Shown piece by piece: positions 33,657 to 41,920 of a stretch of 41,920 nt of DNA. Origin of the DNA: Planctomycetota bacterium (lineage in GTDB: Bacteria; Planctomycetota; PLA2; JAEUHO01); contig JAJDEM010000044.1 in the NCBI GenBank assembly GCA_029259795.1, positions 1-41,920 of the forward strand, written 5' to 3'. Every line of letters begins with the position of its first letter. The stretch's first letter is position 1. Under the pieces are notes generated by a model. The model had not been told where the DNA came from. It saw nothing but the letters and a program-made list of their open reading frames with translations, and searched no databases. The position numbers were made by a program, and so were the translations under genes.

Positions 33657-36600
33657 CTACTTCCGCTTCGACGGAACCTCGAGCTTCAGCGTCGCGAGGC
33701 CTGTCTGAGGGCCCCAGGTGGCCAGCCCGACGCGCGTGTTCCGCGGGATGGGGAGTAGCGAGGTCTCGTCGAACAGCGTCACGCCGCCGAGCTTCACGGT
33801 CAGTCGCCCGTCGTAGTAGGTGAACTCGAACTCCCGCAAGCCGTCCTTGTCCACGGGCACGGCGATCGGCGGGACCTGGAAGTAGAGGTGGTCGTAGCGC
33901 TCGAGCTGCGCAGCCACCTGATTCTTGCCGCGGGGATGCACGATCAGGTTCCAACCGGAGAGGCCGTCCTTGCTGCCGTCCCCCTGGATGGTCATGACGA
34001 ACTTGGGGCCCCTTGCGCCGGAGTCGATCTGCGCCGTGAAGCGCAGATCCGTGATGCCGTCCGTGAACTTGGGCTTGAGCCAGATCAAGTTGCTCGGCGA
34101 GTCCTTCGGAAAGCCCGGCCGCACCGTGTACTTGCGCCACGGGACCCGCTTGTCGGTCGCTTGGCCGACGAGGCGTGCGTTGACGACCTTCCAGTTCCCA
34201 ACGACCGGCTTGAGTTTCGCGCTGAAGCTCTTGCGCTTGAAGTTCATCTTCAACGCGGACTTCCAGCCGATGCGCTTCTTGGCGGCCCGGCGCGCGCCCT
34301 GGCTCGTCGAGCCCTGATCCGTCGGCGAGGCGCGGGTGTCGACCGTCAGGCCCTTGATGGGCGCCCCGCGCGGCTGCGCGATCGCGAGAATGAACCCCGC
34401 ATCGCCACGGCGATTGCGGACCTTCACGAGCAGCTTGTTGCGCCCCTTCTGGAGCTTCACGGGGAGCTTCATCGCATCGGGCACGGGGGCGTAGGGCCCG
34501 CGCCACGCCAGCAGCCTCGAGCCGTTCCCGCCCGCATTGATGTAGTTCTCGACGAGGCGGTCGTTGAGAAACATCGTCAGGTCGTCGTCCGCGCGGACGT
34601 GGATGAAGGCGTCCATGGCCTCCGGCACGGTCAGAAACGTGAGCGCGTAGGTCGCCGTGTTGTCCTGGTAGGCGAAGTTGAAGTGGATCCAGCCCGTGCT
34701 GTCGCGCGAGACCACGCCCTGGCGCTGCGGATCCCGCCACTTGGAGACGTTCGCCTCCCCGGGGTACTCCTTCGTGTAGTCGATCTCGTACTCGGGCGGG
34801 AAGACGCCGGCGCCCGGCCCCACCCCCGCCTTCTTGAACGGGCCGATGACCTTCCACTCGTGGATGACGCCCAGTTCCTCGCGACTGACGCGTTCCGCCT
34901 CCTCGTGGTCGCGGCGCCGGTACGACTCCATCATCTTGCCGGCAATCAAGTCGCGCGGGATCGGCGAGCCGTGGAACTTGCGCAGCTCGGGCTCGGTCCG
35001 CTCGATGGCGTAGCCGCCCTTGGCGAACGCCTCGACCTCCTTCTGCACGGCGTCGCGGTCATCGGGGAGCAGCGGCAGCCGGAAGCGAATGAGGTCGTCG
35101 AACGCCTTGGGGCCGAACGCTCGGATGAGGAAGTACGCAACGGCCCGCGCGATGTAGGGAATGCGGCCATCCTTGAGCGGGGCCGCCCGGTACTCGCGAA
35201 AGAACTGGCGGTAGGGCTTCCAGTCGTGGAGGCGACCGACCTTGCTGAACTTCTCGACGAAGTGCAGGAAGAACCCCGCGCTGGGCCCGTACTCGTGCAT
35301 GCGCCAGTAGGCGACGTCCTTCTCGAGATAGTCCACCTTGAAGGCCTCGAGGTTGCGCTGGAACCCATGCAGACTGTCCGACGTCTGCCCAAGGGCTTCG
35401 TACGCGTAGGCCGCGCCAAAGTTGGCGAGCCCCTCGCGCCAGCCACTGATGATCGGACTCGTGTCGTCGATGCAGTGTGTGAGCTCGTGGTAGAGCAAGC
35501 CGTTGTCGATCCGCCGGCCCTTCTGGTCCGGCATGGCCTTCCCGATGTCGATGGTCTTGCCGCCGCCGACGCCGCCGCCGAAGTCCCACAACTCCTTGAA
35601 GTAGACGGTGACGCGATCGCCGCCGGGGTTGGGCTTGCGCCCGAACAGATCCGTGAGAAACACGTAGGCGAGATCGAAGCGGAGCTTCGACATCGGCGGC
35701 AGCGTCCCGACGAGATTCGTGGGTCCGATGAAGATGAACTTGTGCGACGCACTCGCGGTCGTGCGCGCCCACACCGGGTGGTTCAGGGCATCGTCGACGA
35801 CCTGTTGCTGCTCGGGGGGCGTGTCCTTGAGCCAGGTCTCGTCCAGGGCCTTGCGACGCGCAACGGCCCTCCCCCCAAGTTCCCCATCGGGACTGTTGAG
35901 GGCAAGCCCGCGTAGCGCGAGGCTCGCGGGCGCGTACATCTTCTTCCGGGCCCACGCCTCGGCCTTCTCGAAGAGTGCCTTGGTGTAGCCATTCGCCTTC
36001 ACGGCCGAGGCCACGAGCGCCTTCTCCTCGTCGGTGGCGCTCTGCAGGATGCGGACGTGGAGATCCGTGATGTCGCGCTGGGTACGCACGGCGTCGTCGA
36101 CAGCCCCGATGACCGCGCCGCCTGCGTCCTCGCTGAGCTTGCCCCCCACGGCCTCGAGAATGCGCAGCGAGGCGTGATACTGCTTGCGGCGGAACGCGCC
36201 GCTCGAGATGAGCTTGAGGTAGCGGTGCTTTTCGGCCTTGATCCGACCGGCGATGATCTCGCGTTCGACCACGCTGATCGGGCGCGGCGGCAGGTGTCCG
36301 AGCTTCAAGATCGCGTCCCGGAAGCGGTACTTGGGGCCGTCTTCCACCGAGCGCCGCATGCCGAGCTCGAGTGCACTCCACGCGTCGGCCAGGCGCCCTT
36401 TGCTCGCGAGGTCGGCGGCGGCCGCGAGGATCGAGTCGACCAGCGGGCCTTCCTCGAGCGGCCCGAAGTCGGGCAGGTCGAAGTGGGCCACGCGGATCCA
36501 GTGACTGTAGCGCTGCCCCTCCATGCGCGGGACGAGGGTGCGGTCGGCCTTCGGGTCGTAGAACCCGACCCAGAAGCCCATGGGCGCGCCGGGCTTGACG

Positions 36601-36950
36601 CGAATGGGCAAGGGCGCGGGCACCTCGTAGGCAACGACCTGCCCCTTCTTCCAGGTGCCGACGGCGGGGTCGGGCGCATGGTCGAGCGTGACGCCGGACT
36701 GCCGCCAGGCCAGGAGGCGGAGCTCGACGCGGTAGGGCCGGTCGATGTCTTCGAGCGCCTTGAAGCTCAGCTTCAGGGTGACCATGCCAGTTGCGGCGGC
36801 CTCCTTGAGGTCGACAGTGCCCGTGACCTCGATCGGCACGTCCCGTCGGTTGTCCTCCTCCTCGTCCTCGTCCGCACGGGCCGGCGCGGTGGCCAGGCCG
36901 AGGCCCAGGAAGACGAGCACCAGCAGCCAGGAGAGTCGATGCAGCAGCAT
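33657..36950 (-). CDS. Large secreted modular protein with a gluzincin-type HExxH...E metallopeptidase motif
   Basis: Signal peptide ending ARA-DE; LLYHELTH...WREGLANF; N-terminal Ig-like segment; WKVIGPF jelly-roll-like module; C-terminal beta-sandwich. Confidence 0.7.
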   Translation of the reverse strand: MLLHRLSWLLVLVFLGLGLATAPARADEDEEEDNRRDVPIEVTGTVDLKEAAATGMVTLKLSFKALEDIDRPYRVELRLLAWRQSGVTLDHAPDPAVGTWKKGQVVAYEVPAPLPIRVKPGAPMGFWVGFYDPKADRTLVPRMEGQRYSHWIRVAHFDLPDFGPLEEGPLVDSILAAAADLASKGRLADAWSALELGMRRSVEDGPKYRFRDAILKLGHLPPRPISVVEREIIAGRIKAEKHRYLKLISSGAFRRKQYHASLRILEAVGGKLSEDAGGAVIGAVDDAVRTQRDITDLHVRILQSATDEEKALVASAVKANGYTKALFEKAEAWARKKMYAPASLALRGLALNSPDGELGGRAVARRKALDETWLKDTPPEQQQVVDDALNHPVWARTTASASHKFIFIGPTNLVGTLPPMSKLRFDLAYVFLTDLFGRKPNPGGDRVTVYFKELWDFGGGVGGGKTIDIGKAMPDQKGRRIDNGLLYHELTHCIDDTSPIISGWREGLANFGAAYAYEALGQTSDSLHGFQRNLEAFKVDYLEKDVAYWRMHEYGPSAGFFLHFVEKFSKVGRLHDWKPYRQFFREYRAAPLKDGRIPYIARAVAYFLIRAFGPKAFDDLIRFRLPLLPDDRDAVQKEVEAFAKGGYAIERTEPELRKFHGSPIPRDLIAGKMMESYRRRDHEEAERVSREELGVIHEWKVIGPFKKAGVGPGAGVFPPEYEIDYTKEYPGEANVSKWRDPQRQGVVSRDSTGWIHFNFAYQDNTATYALTFLTVPEAMDAFIHVRADDDLTMFLNDRLVENYINAGGNGSRLLAWRGPYAPVPDAMKLPVKLQKGRNKLLVKVRNRRGDAGFILAIAQPRGAPIKGLTVDTRASPTDQGSTSQGARRAAKKRIGWKSALKMNFKRKSFSAKLKPVVGNWKVVNARLVGQATDKRVPWRKYTVRPGFPKDSPSNLIWLKPKFTDGITDLRFTAQIDSGARGPKFVMTIQGDGSKDGLSGWNLIVHPRGKNQVAAQLERYDHLYFQVPPIAVPVDKDGLREFEFTYYDGRLTVKLGGVTLFDETSLLPIPRNTRVGLATWGPQTGLATLKLEVPSKRK

Positions 36951-36994
36951 GGGCGCATCGTACTCGCGGAGCGTTCCCGGGCGGGTACGGGGGG

Positions 36995-37822
36995 TCAGGC
37001 GAGTCCGAGAGTGGAGGCGGCCTCGTGCCAAGCCTCCGCCGTCTCGGCGGGCAGGTCCGGGTCGGAGGCGAGCACGGCACCCAGATGGCGCTGCCCATCC
37101 GGGGCAGAGACCCCGACGATGACGCGCGCGAGGCCCAGACGATCGGCCAGCTTCAGGGCAGCCTTCCGGAAGCTCCTCGCGTGACTCTCGTCGACGCCGT
37201 AGACGAAGGCGGTGAACGCACCAGCGAACGCCGAGCCCACGTACGCACCGAGCGTGCGGCGCAGGGCGTCGAAGTCCTTCGGCTCGAGATGCGGACCCAG
37301 CTCGACCTGCTTGCACTCCCCGCCGTGCTTCCAGGTGTAGGGGTCCATCGTGAAGAGCCACGGTCGGTCCAGATCGGGCGGCGGCAGCAGGGAGGGAACG
37401 AGCTCGCGCCACGGGCGCCCCTCGATCCGGACCGCGGTGCCCGCCCAGGCGGTGGCAAGGGCTGCACGTTTGGCCGGGTCGACCTCACAGAGGAGGCCGG
37501 CGATGCGCTCGCGCCCGAGGAGTGCGGCAAGCAACTCGGCGGTGTTCGGATAGTGCCCCGTGGTTGCGGCGGCGTGCGCGTACGCGCGCATCACCGCGTG
37601 CGAGGAGGCGTCGGCTGCTTCCGGCGGGAGGCATGCGACGGCCCCGAGCAGATCGCGGAGCGCCCGATTGTGCTCGTGCGGGTCGGGGCGTTCCGCCGCT
37701 TCAAAGGGCGCCATGGCGTGGGTGGCGACCAAGTAGAGCCCCGCTCCCTCCGTCGCAAGCGTGGCCGCGGCGTGGCACTCGATCGCGTGTTGCAGGAGGT
37801 TGCCGTTGTTGACTCGCGCCAT
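36995..37822 (-). CDS. Hypothetical SAM-dependent methyltransferase-like protein, remotely RlmJ-like
   Basis: NNGNLLQH, VATHA, HYPNT, LCEVDP, TMDPY occur in the same order as the RlmJ motifs HAGN..KH, DTHAG, YPGS, E.HP, IDPPY. Confidence 0.45.
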   Translation of the reverse strand: MARVNNGNLLQHAIECHAAATLATEGAGLYLVATHAMAPFEAAERPDPHEHNRALRDLLGAVACLPPEAADASSHAVMRAYAHAAATTGHYPNTAELLAALLGRERIAGLLCEVDPAKRAALATAWAGTAVRIEGRPWRELVPSLLPPPDLDRPWLFTMDPYTWKHGGECKQVELGPHLEPKDFDALRRTLGAYVGSAFAGAFTAFVYGVDESHARSFRKAALKLADRLGLARVIVGVSAPDGQRHLGAVLASDPDLPAETAEAWHEAASTLGLA

Positions 37823-37832
37823 GCGGGGACGC

Positions 37833-38216
37833 TCAGCCCTCGATCAGGGCAAGCGTCGCGCCTGCCGGATCGCGGACGACGCAGAAGGGCTTGGCCCCCA
37901 TGGGGCGAGGCCCGTCGAGAACCGATCCGCCAAGCTCGACGCAGCGCTTTGCACTCGCCTCGACGTCCGCGACGGTGACGTAGATCATCCACTGCGCTGG
38001 CACGTTCGCGTTGGCGCCGCGCGCATGACAGACGCCGGCCACGCACTCGCCGGTGCCGGAGGCGATCATCTCGTAGTCGTTGTACTCGCCCATGTCGTGC
38101 GGCTTCGCGGCCCAGCCGACAACCTCGCTGTAGAAGTCGCGTACGCCGTCGGCATCGGGAACCGTCAAGTCCCGCCACACGATCGAGCCGAGCTTCTTCG
38201 CGCTGTCGTCACTCAT
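37833..38216 (-). CDS. VOC/glyoxalase family protein
   Basis: GAAGGAGG SD; IVWRDLTVPD..RDFYSEVVGW, WMIYVTVADV, GGSVL, VRDPAGA. Confidence 0.92.
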   Translation of the reverse strand: MSDDSAKKLGSIVWRDLTVPDADGVRDFYSEVVGWAAKPHDMGEYNDYEMIASGTGECVAGVCHARGANANVPAQWMIYVTVADVEASAKRCVELGGSVLDGPRPMGAKPFCVVRDPAGATLALIEG

Positions 38217-38348
38217 GGGAGCCCTCCTTCGGGGGCGGATCCTACCCCGCGATAGGCCCCGACGCCCTTGGGATGGAAGAGGCGCCCGCACGGTGAGCGC
38301 CGTGGCAGCCGGCGTCCTCAGCTAGCTCCGAGAGCGCATGGACGTCCC

Positions 38349-39734
38349 TCAGGGCGCGCTGATGACCCGTGAGACCGTGCCCGACGTACTCAGCGGAGAG
38401 ATCGCCCCGCTGGTCAGGACGTAGAGTTCGCCGCCCTCGTCTTTGCCGATGCCCATGAGCGCGCCGGGCAACGGCGCAGGCCCCGGCTGAACCAGGATGT
38501 CCCGCCGCTGCCACGCCGACGGCCCCGCGATGGCGCAGACGAACAGCCGTCCGACGGGATTGCCGAAGTCCGAAGCCCAGTCGCCGAAGACATAGAGGCC
38601 GCTCAACGCGGACACCCCGGGCCCGCGGTAGACATGACCGCCGATGATCGAGACACCGAGGCCGTGGTCGTAGTCGAGTACCGGGTCGAGCAGCGGTTCA
38701 CCCGACGGGCCCACCGTGGGACAGCCTGCGGGCGGCGCCGTCGGGTTCAGCGGATCGAAGCAGAGGAACCCCTCGCGGGTCGCCCAGCCGTAGTTTCCGC
38801 CGAGCACGATGTCGTTCAGCTCTTCGCGCAGCCCCTGGCCGACGTCGCCGCAGAGGAGCTTGTTCGTTCCGCCCGTGCCGTCGTCAAACGACAGGCGATA
38901 CGGGTTGCGCAGGCCGTATGCATAGATCTCATCGACGCCGGTGACGCCGACGAACGGGTTGGTCGGCGGCACCACATAGCTCTGGCCCATCGGCGGGACC
39001 GTGTCGACGTCGATCCGCAGGATCGCGCCCAGCGGCGTCGTGATGTCCTGGCCATGGCCGAGCGGCCCGTGGAGGCCGGGGACGGAGCCCAAGCCGTCGC
39101 CCGAGCCGCCACCATCGCCAAGGCTGAAGTAGAGGAACCCGTCGGGGCCGAAGACGACGGAGCCACCATCGTGGTTGAACTCGGGTTGATCCACCGTGTA
39201 GAGCACGCGCTCGGAGCTCGGATCGGCCACGTTGTTCGTGACGGGATTGCCCGTGACCGTGAACTCACTCAGCACCGATGTGTGGCAGCCGCGCGGGGTC
39301 CCGAAGCAGGGCTCGCCCATCGCGCCGGCGCGCGTGCGGCTGTAGCGCACGTAGAAGCGACCGTTGCTCGCGTATTGGGGATGGAAGGCAAGCCCAAGCA
39401 GGCCGCGTTCGTCGAAGCCACCGTCCAGGGTCACCATCAGGCCCGCGACATCGAGAAACGGCGCCGCCAGCAGCGTGTCCGTACCGTCCAGGATGCGGAT
39501 CTGCCCCGTCTGGAGCACGATGAAGCGTCGGCCGGAGCCGTCCCCCGCATGCGTGAGGAAGACGGGCGGGGGAAGCCCCGTCGCCAGCGGGACGAGTCCG
39601 ATCGACACGGGGCCGGGTGGCGTCGCCGCCGGGTCGCCCCCAGAAGCACCGCCACACGTGGGAAGGAAGAACAGGAGCGAGAAGACGAGCAGGCAGCGAC
39701 GCGCGCTCGCCAGGGGCGTGGGCATGGTGGGCAT
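38349..39734 (-). CDS. PQQ-dependent sugar dehydrogenase (glucose/sorbosone dehydrogenase family) lipoprotein
   Basis: Lipobox-like LPT-C; ERGLLGLAFHP, NHDGG, FGPDGFLYFSLGDGG, YAYGLRNPYR, DVGQ, GGNYGW. Confidence 0.92.
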   Translation of the reverse strand: MPTMPTPLASARRCLLVFSLLFFLPTCGGASGGDPAATPPGPVSIGLVPLATGLPPPVFLTHAGDGSGRRFIVLQTGQIRILDGTDTLLAAPFLDVAGLMVTLDGGFDERGLLGLAFHPQYASNGRFYVRYSRTRAGAMGEPCFGTPRGCHTSVLSEFTVTGNPVTNNVADPSSERVLYTVDQPEFNHDGGSVVFGPDGFLYFSLGDGGGSGDGLGSVPGLHGPLGHGQDITTPLGAILRIDVDTVPPMGQSYVVPPTNPFVGVTGVDEIYAYGLRNPYRLSFDDGTGGTNKLLCGDVGQGLREELNDIVLGGNYGWATREGFLCFDPLNPTAPPAGCPTVGPSGEPLLDPVLDYDHGLGVSIIGGHVYRGPGVSALSGLYVFGDWASDFGNPVGRLFVCAIAGPSAWQRRDILVQPGPAPLPGALMGIGKDEGGELYVLTSGAISPLSTSGTVSRVISAP

Positions 39735-39882
39735 GGGGCCTCGATCGTTGGGGGGACGTGCGACCGCGCCGCCCGCCTCCCACGCCCCGGAGCCGCGACT
39801 CGATCGTGTTGTTCTCTCTTCCTTCTATACCCCACTGGTACCGTCCGGACGGGCCTCAGAGCCCGAATGTGAAGGAGCCCCC

Positions 39883-40662
39883 ATGGCTACGTCCCGTGCA
39901 CTCGAAGGGCGCGTCGCGCTCATTACCGGCGGCTCTTCCGGCATCGGCCTCGCCACCGCCGAGACCTTTGCGCGTGCAGGCGCCACCGTCGCCCTCACCG
40001 GTCGTCGGGCCGAGCCACTGGCGGAAGCAGCCGCCCGGGTCGAAGCGCTCGGCGGCCGCGCCTTGGCCCTGCCTGGGGATGTGCGCGACGAGGCTCACGC
40101 GGCGGAGGCGGTCGCCGCGGTCGTGGCGACCTTCGGCGGCCTGGACATCCTCGTGAACAACGCGGGGGTGATCGGCGCGGGGCCGCTCGAGGACACGAGC
40201 CTCGAGGAGTGGCAGCGGCTGATCGACATCGACCTCACGGGCCCCTTCCTGTTTGCGCGCGCGGCCATCCCGCACCTGAAGGGTCGAACCGGGGCCGCGA
40301 TCGTCAACGTGTCGAGCGTGGCGGGGACCCGCCCCTACCCGGGCATCGCACCGTACTGCGTGGCCAAAGCGGGGCTTGACCGTCTGACAGAGTGTCTCGC
40401 GCTCGAGCTGGCCCCGCACGGGGTACGCGTGAATGCGATCAACCCGGGCGTCGTGAAGACCAACCTCCACAAGGCCACGAACACCGTCCCGGATTACGAC
40501 GCCTTCCTTGCGCGCAGCGAAGAGACGCACCCCCTCGGCTTCTACGGCGCCCCCCAGGACGCTGCCGACTTGATCCTCTTCCTCGCGAGCGGACAGAGTC
40601 GCTGGATCACGGGTGGCCTGATTCCGCTGGATGGCGGACGCGCCCTGACTTCGTTACGCTGA
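39883..40662 (+). CDS. SDR family oxidoreductase
   Basis: AAGGAG SD and ATG at 39883; [29 protein letters not shown]. Confidence 0.95.
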   Translation: MATSRALEGRVALITGGSSGIGLATAETFARAGATVALTGRRAEPLAEAAARVEALGGRALALPGDVRDEAHAAEAVAAVVATFGGLDILVNNAGVIGAGPLEDTSLEEWQRLIDIDLTGPFLFARAAIPHLKGRTGAAIVNVSSVAGTRPYPGIAPYCVAKAGLDRLTECLALELAPHGVRVNAINPGVVKTNLHKATNTVPDYDAFLARSEETHPLGFYGAPQDAADLILFLASGQSRWITGGLIPLDGGRALTSLR

Positions 40663-40687
40663 GCGCTCCCCCACCCGGAGAGCACCG

Positions 40688-41392
40688 ATGCAGAAGAAGT
40701 TGGCCGCTGAGTTCCTCGGCACGCTCTGGCTCGTCCTTGGCGGCTGCGGCACGGCGATCCTCGCGGGCGCCAGCGTGGGCTGGGTCGGTGTGAGCATCGC
40801 GTTCGGCCTCACTGTGGTGAGCATGGCGTACGCGATCGGCCACATCTCCGGATGCCACCTCAACCCGGCTGTCACGATCGGGCTTGCCGCCGCGGGACGT
40901 CATCCGAAGAACGAAGTTCTCGGCTACGTCATCGCGCAAGTCCTCGGCGGCATCGTCGGCGCCGGGATCATCTTCCTCATCGCCTCGAACATCCAGATGC
41001 CGCCGGGCGCGCCCGCATGGGAGGTTGGCGGCTTCGCGAGCAACGGCTACGGGGACCACTCGCCCAATGGCTACGGCATGGTCGCCGCCCTCATCTGCGA
41101 AGTCGCGATGACGTTCTTCTTCCTGCTGGTCATCATCGGCGCGACGTCAAAGGCTGCCTCGCCCGGCATGGCGGGGCTGGCCATCGGTCTCTGCCTCACC
41201 CTCATCCATCTCGTGAGCATCCCGGTCACGAACACTTCGGTGAACCCCGCGCGCAGCACGGGCCCGGCGTTGATCGCGGGGGCCGATGCCCTCGGCCAGC
41301 TGTGGCTCTTCTGGGTCGCGCCGATCGTTGGGGCCGTGTTGGCAGCCATCGTCCACAAAACGGTCCTGGGTGGCGACACGGAGACTGCGTAG
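40688..41392 (+). CDS. aqpZ: Aquaporin Z
   Basis: [54 protein letters not shown]; water-selective F/H/T/R filter residues are present. Confidence 0.97.
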   Translation: MQKKLAAEFLGTLWLVLGGCGTAILAGASVGWVGVSIAFGLTVVSMAYAIGHISGCHLNPAVTIGLAAAGRHPKNEVLGYVIAQVLGGIVGAGIIFLIASNIQMPPGAPAWEVGGFASNGYGDHSPNGYGMVAALICEVAMTFFFLLVIIGATSKAASPGMAGLAIGLCLTLIHLVSIPVTNTSVNPARSTGPALIAGADALGQLWLFWVAPIVGAVLAAIVHKTVLGGDTETA

Positions 41393-41403
41393 CGCGGCAG
41401 CCT

Positions 41404-41458
41404 CGCCGCCAGGCGCAGCGAGCACGCCGCCAGGCCTAGCGGACCCAGGCCTAGCGGA
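41404..41458. repeat. Short direct repeats between convergent genes
   Basis: CGCCGCCAGGC at 41404 and 41425; CCAGGCCTAGCGGA at 41430 and 41445. Confidence 0.6.
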
Positions 41459-41920
41459 TCAAGGCCGCCAAGGCCTGCTCGGGGCGACCCCAGCCGCGAC
41501 TCGTGATCGTGCCGACGGCCTTGCCGTCGACGAGGACGACGCCGGTCGGGATGCGCTTGATGCCGCGCTTGCGAGCCTCGGGATCCCGACGCATCGCCTG
41601 GCCCTTGGGCAAGCCGTAGTAGGTGACGGTGATCTTGCTTCCGGCGATCGCCTCGTCCACGCGCAGGATGCGGGGTAGCAGGCGCCGGCAGGTCGGGCAC
41701 CACGAGCCAAAGAACACGACGACCTCGATCTCCTTGGCTCCAGCCTTGATGCGCTTGACGTCGGCTGCGCGGGGTCGATACGTCGCACCGGCGCGCTCGT
41801 ACTCCGGGCTGTGCAGGATCACCGCCGCCGCGTCCTTCGCACCGAGGAGGTAGGGCTGCGGCTGCAGCCTCGCCACCAAGCCTTCGACCTTGATGGCCAT
41901 GCCGCCCCGGTCGAGCCGCA
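41451..41920 (-). CDS. Thioredoxin-family protein, probably 5'-truncated by the window edge
   Basis: VVFFGSWCPTC and cis-Pro motif RIPT. The frame stays open beyond ATG 41900 to the end of the window. Confidence 0.85.
   Translation of the reverse strand, partial: RLDRGGMAIKVEGLVARLQPQPYLLGAKDAAAVILHSPEYERAGATYRPRAADVKRIKAGAKEIEVVVFFGSWCPTCRRLLPRILRVDEAIAGSKITVTYYGLPKGQAMRRDPEARKRGIKRIPTGVVLVDGKAVGTITSRGWGRPEQALAALIR

Noticed and set aside
39841-39852. Perfect palindrome CCGTCCGGACGG between the divergent GSDH and SDR genes
   Set aside because: Short, GC-rich and single-copy, with no adjacent regulator; not enough to call an operator.
1-41920. CRISPR array, tRNA or rRNA (relevant because TPR-CHAT can be Craspase-linked)
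   Set aside because: No regularly spaced repeats, cas genes or cloverleaf seen. GAGTTCAACTC at 7543 resembles a T-arm but no other tRNA arms fit.
1-41920. Genome-wide UGA reassignment as the explanation for the stop at 5069
   Set aside because: TGA ends several full-length genes at their expected C-termini (MFS, FMN reductase, SNF2, SDR, ArsR).

Overview
Very GC-rich bacterial genomic window with dense coding and no rRNA, tRNA or CRISPR array visible. The many signal-peptide hypothetical proteins (TPR-CHAT, alpha/alpha-toroid, HEAT, WD40, WxVIGPF module) suggest a Planctomycetota-like organism; this is inference only. About 33 genes are recognisable. Housekeeping or common genes: serB/serA/serC, aqpZ, SDR, SWIM-SNF2 helicase, DTW tRNA acp-transferase, ArsR-SRPBCC-YjbR cluster, FMN reductase, GNAT, MFS, VOC, GSDH-family dehydrogenase and thioredoxin. 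Most notable: (1) a secreted beta-propeller gene split by a single in-frame UGA followed by a bacterial SECIS-like hairpin, which is either a candidate selenoprotein or a nonsense allele; (2) a co-oriented cassette of exported proteins at 20.9-27.6 kb: two paralogous reprolysin-like metzincins, an orphan twin-arginine lipoprotein and a signal-peptide TPR-CHAT caspase-like protease, flanked by a RusA-like gene; (3) a pseudokinase-kinase tandem; (4) a DTW-nuclease-fold fusion; (5) serine biosynthesis genes split by an opposite-strand porin/lipoprotein pair; (6) a MITE-like element. Family assignments come from motifs recognised by eye; no searches were run.
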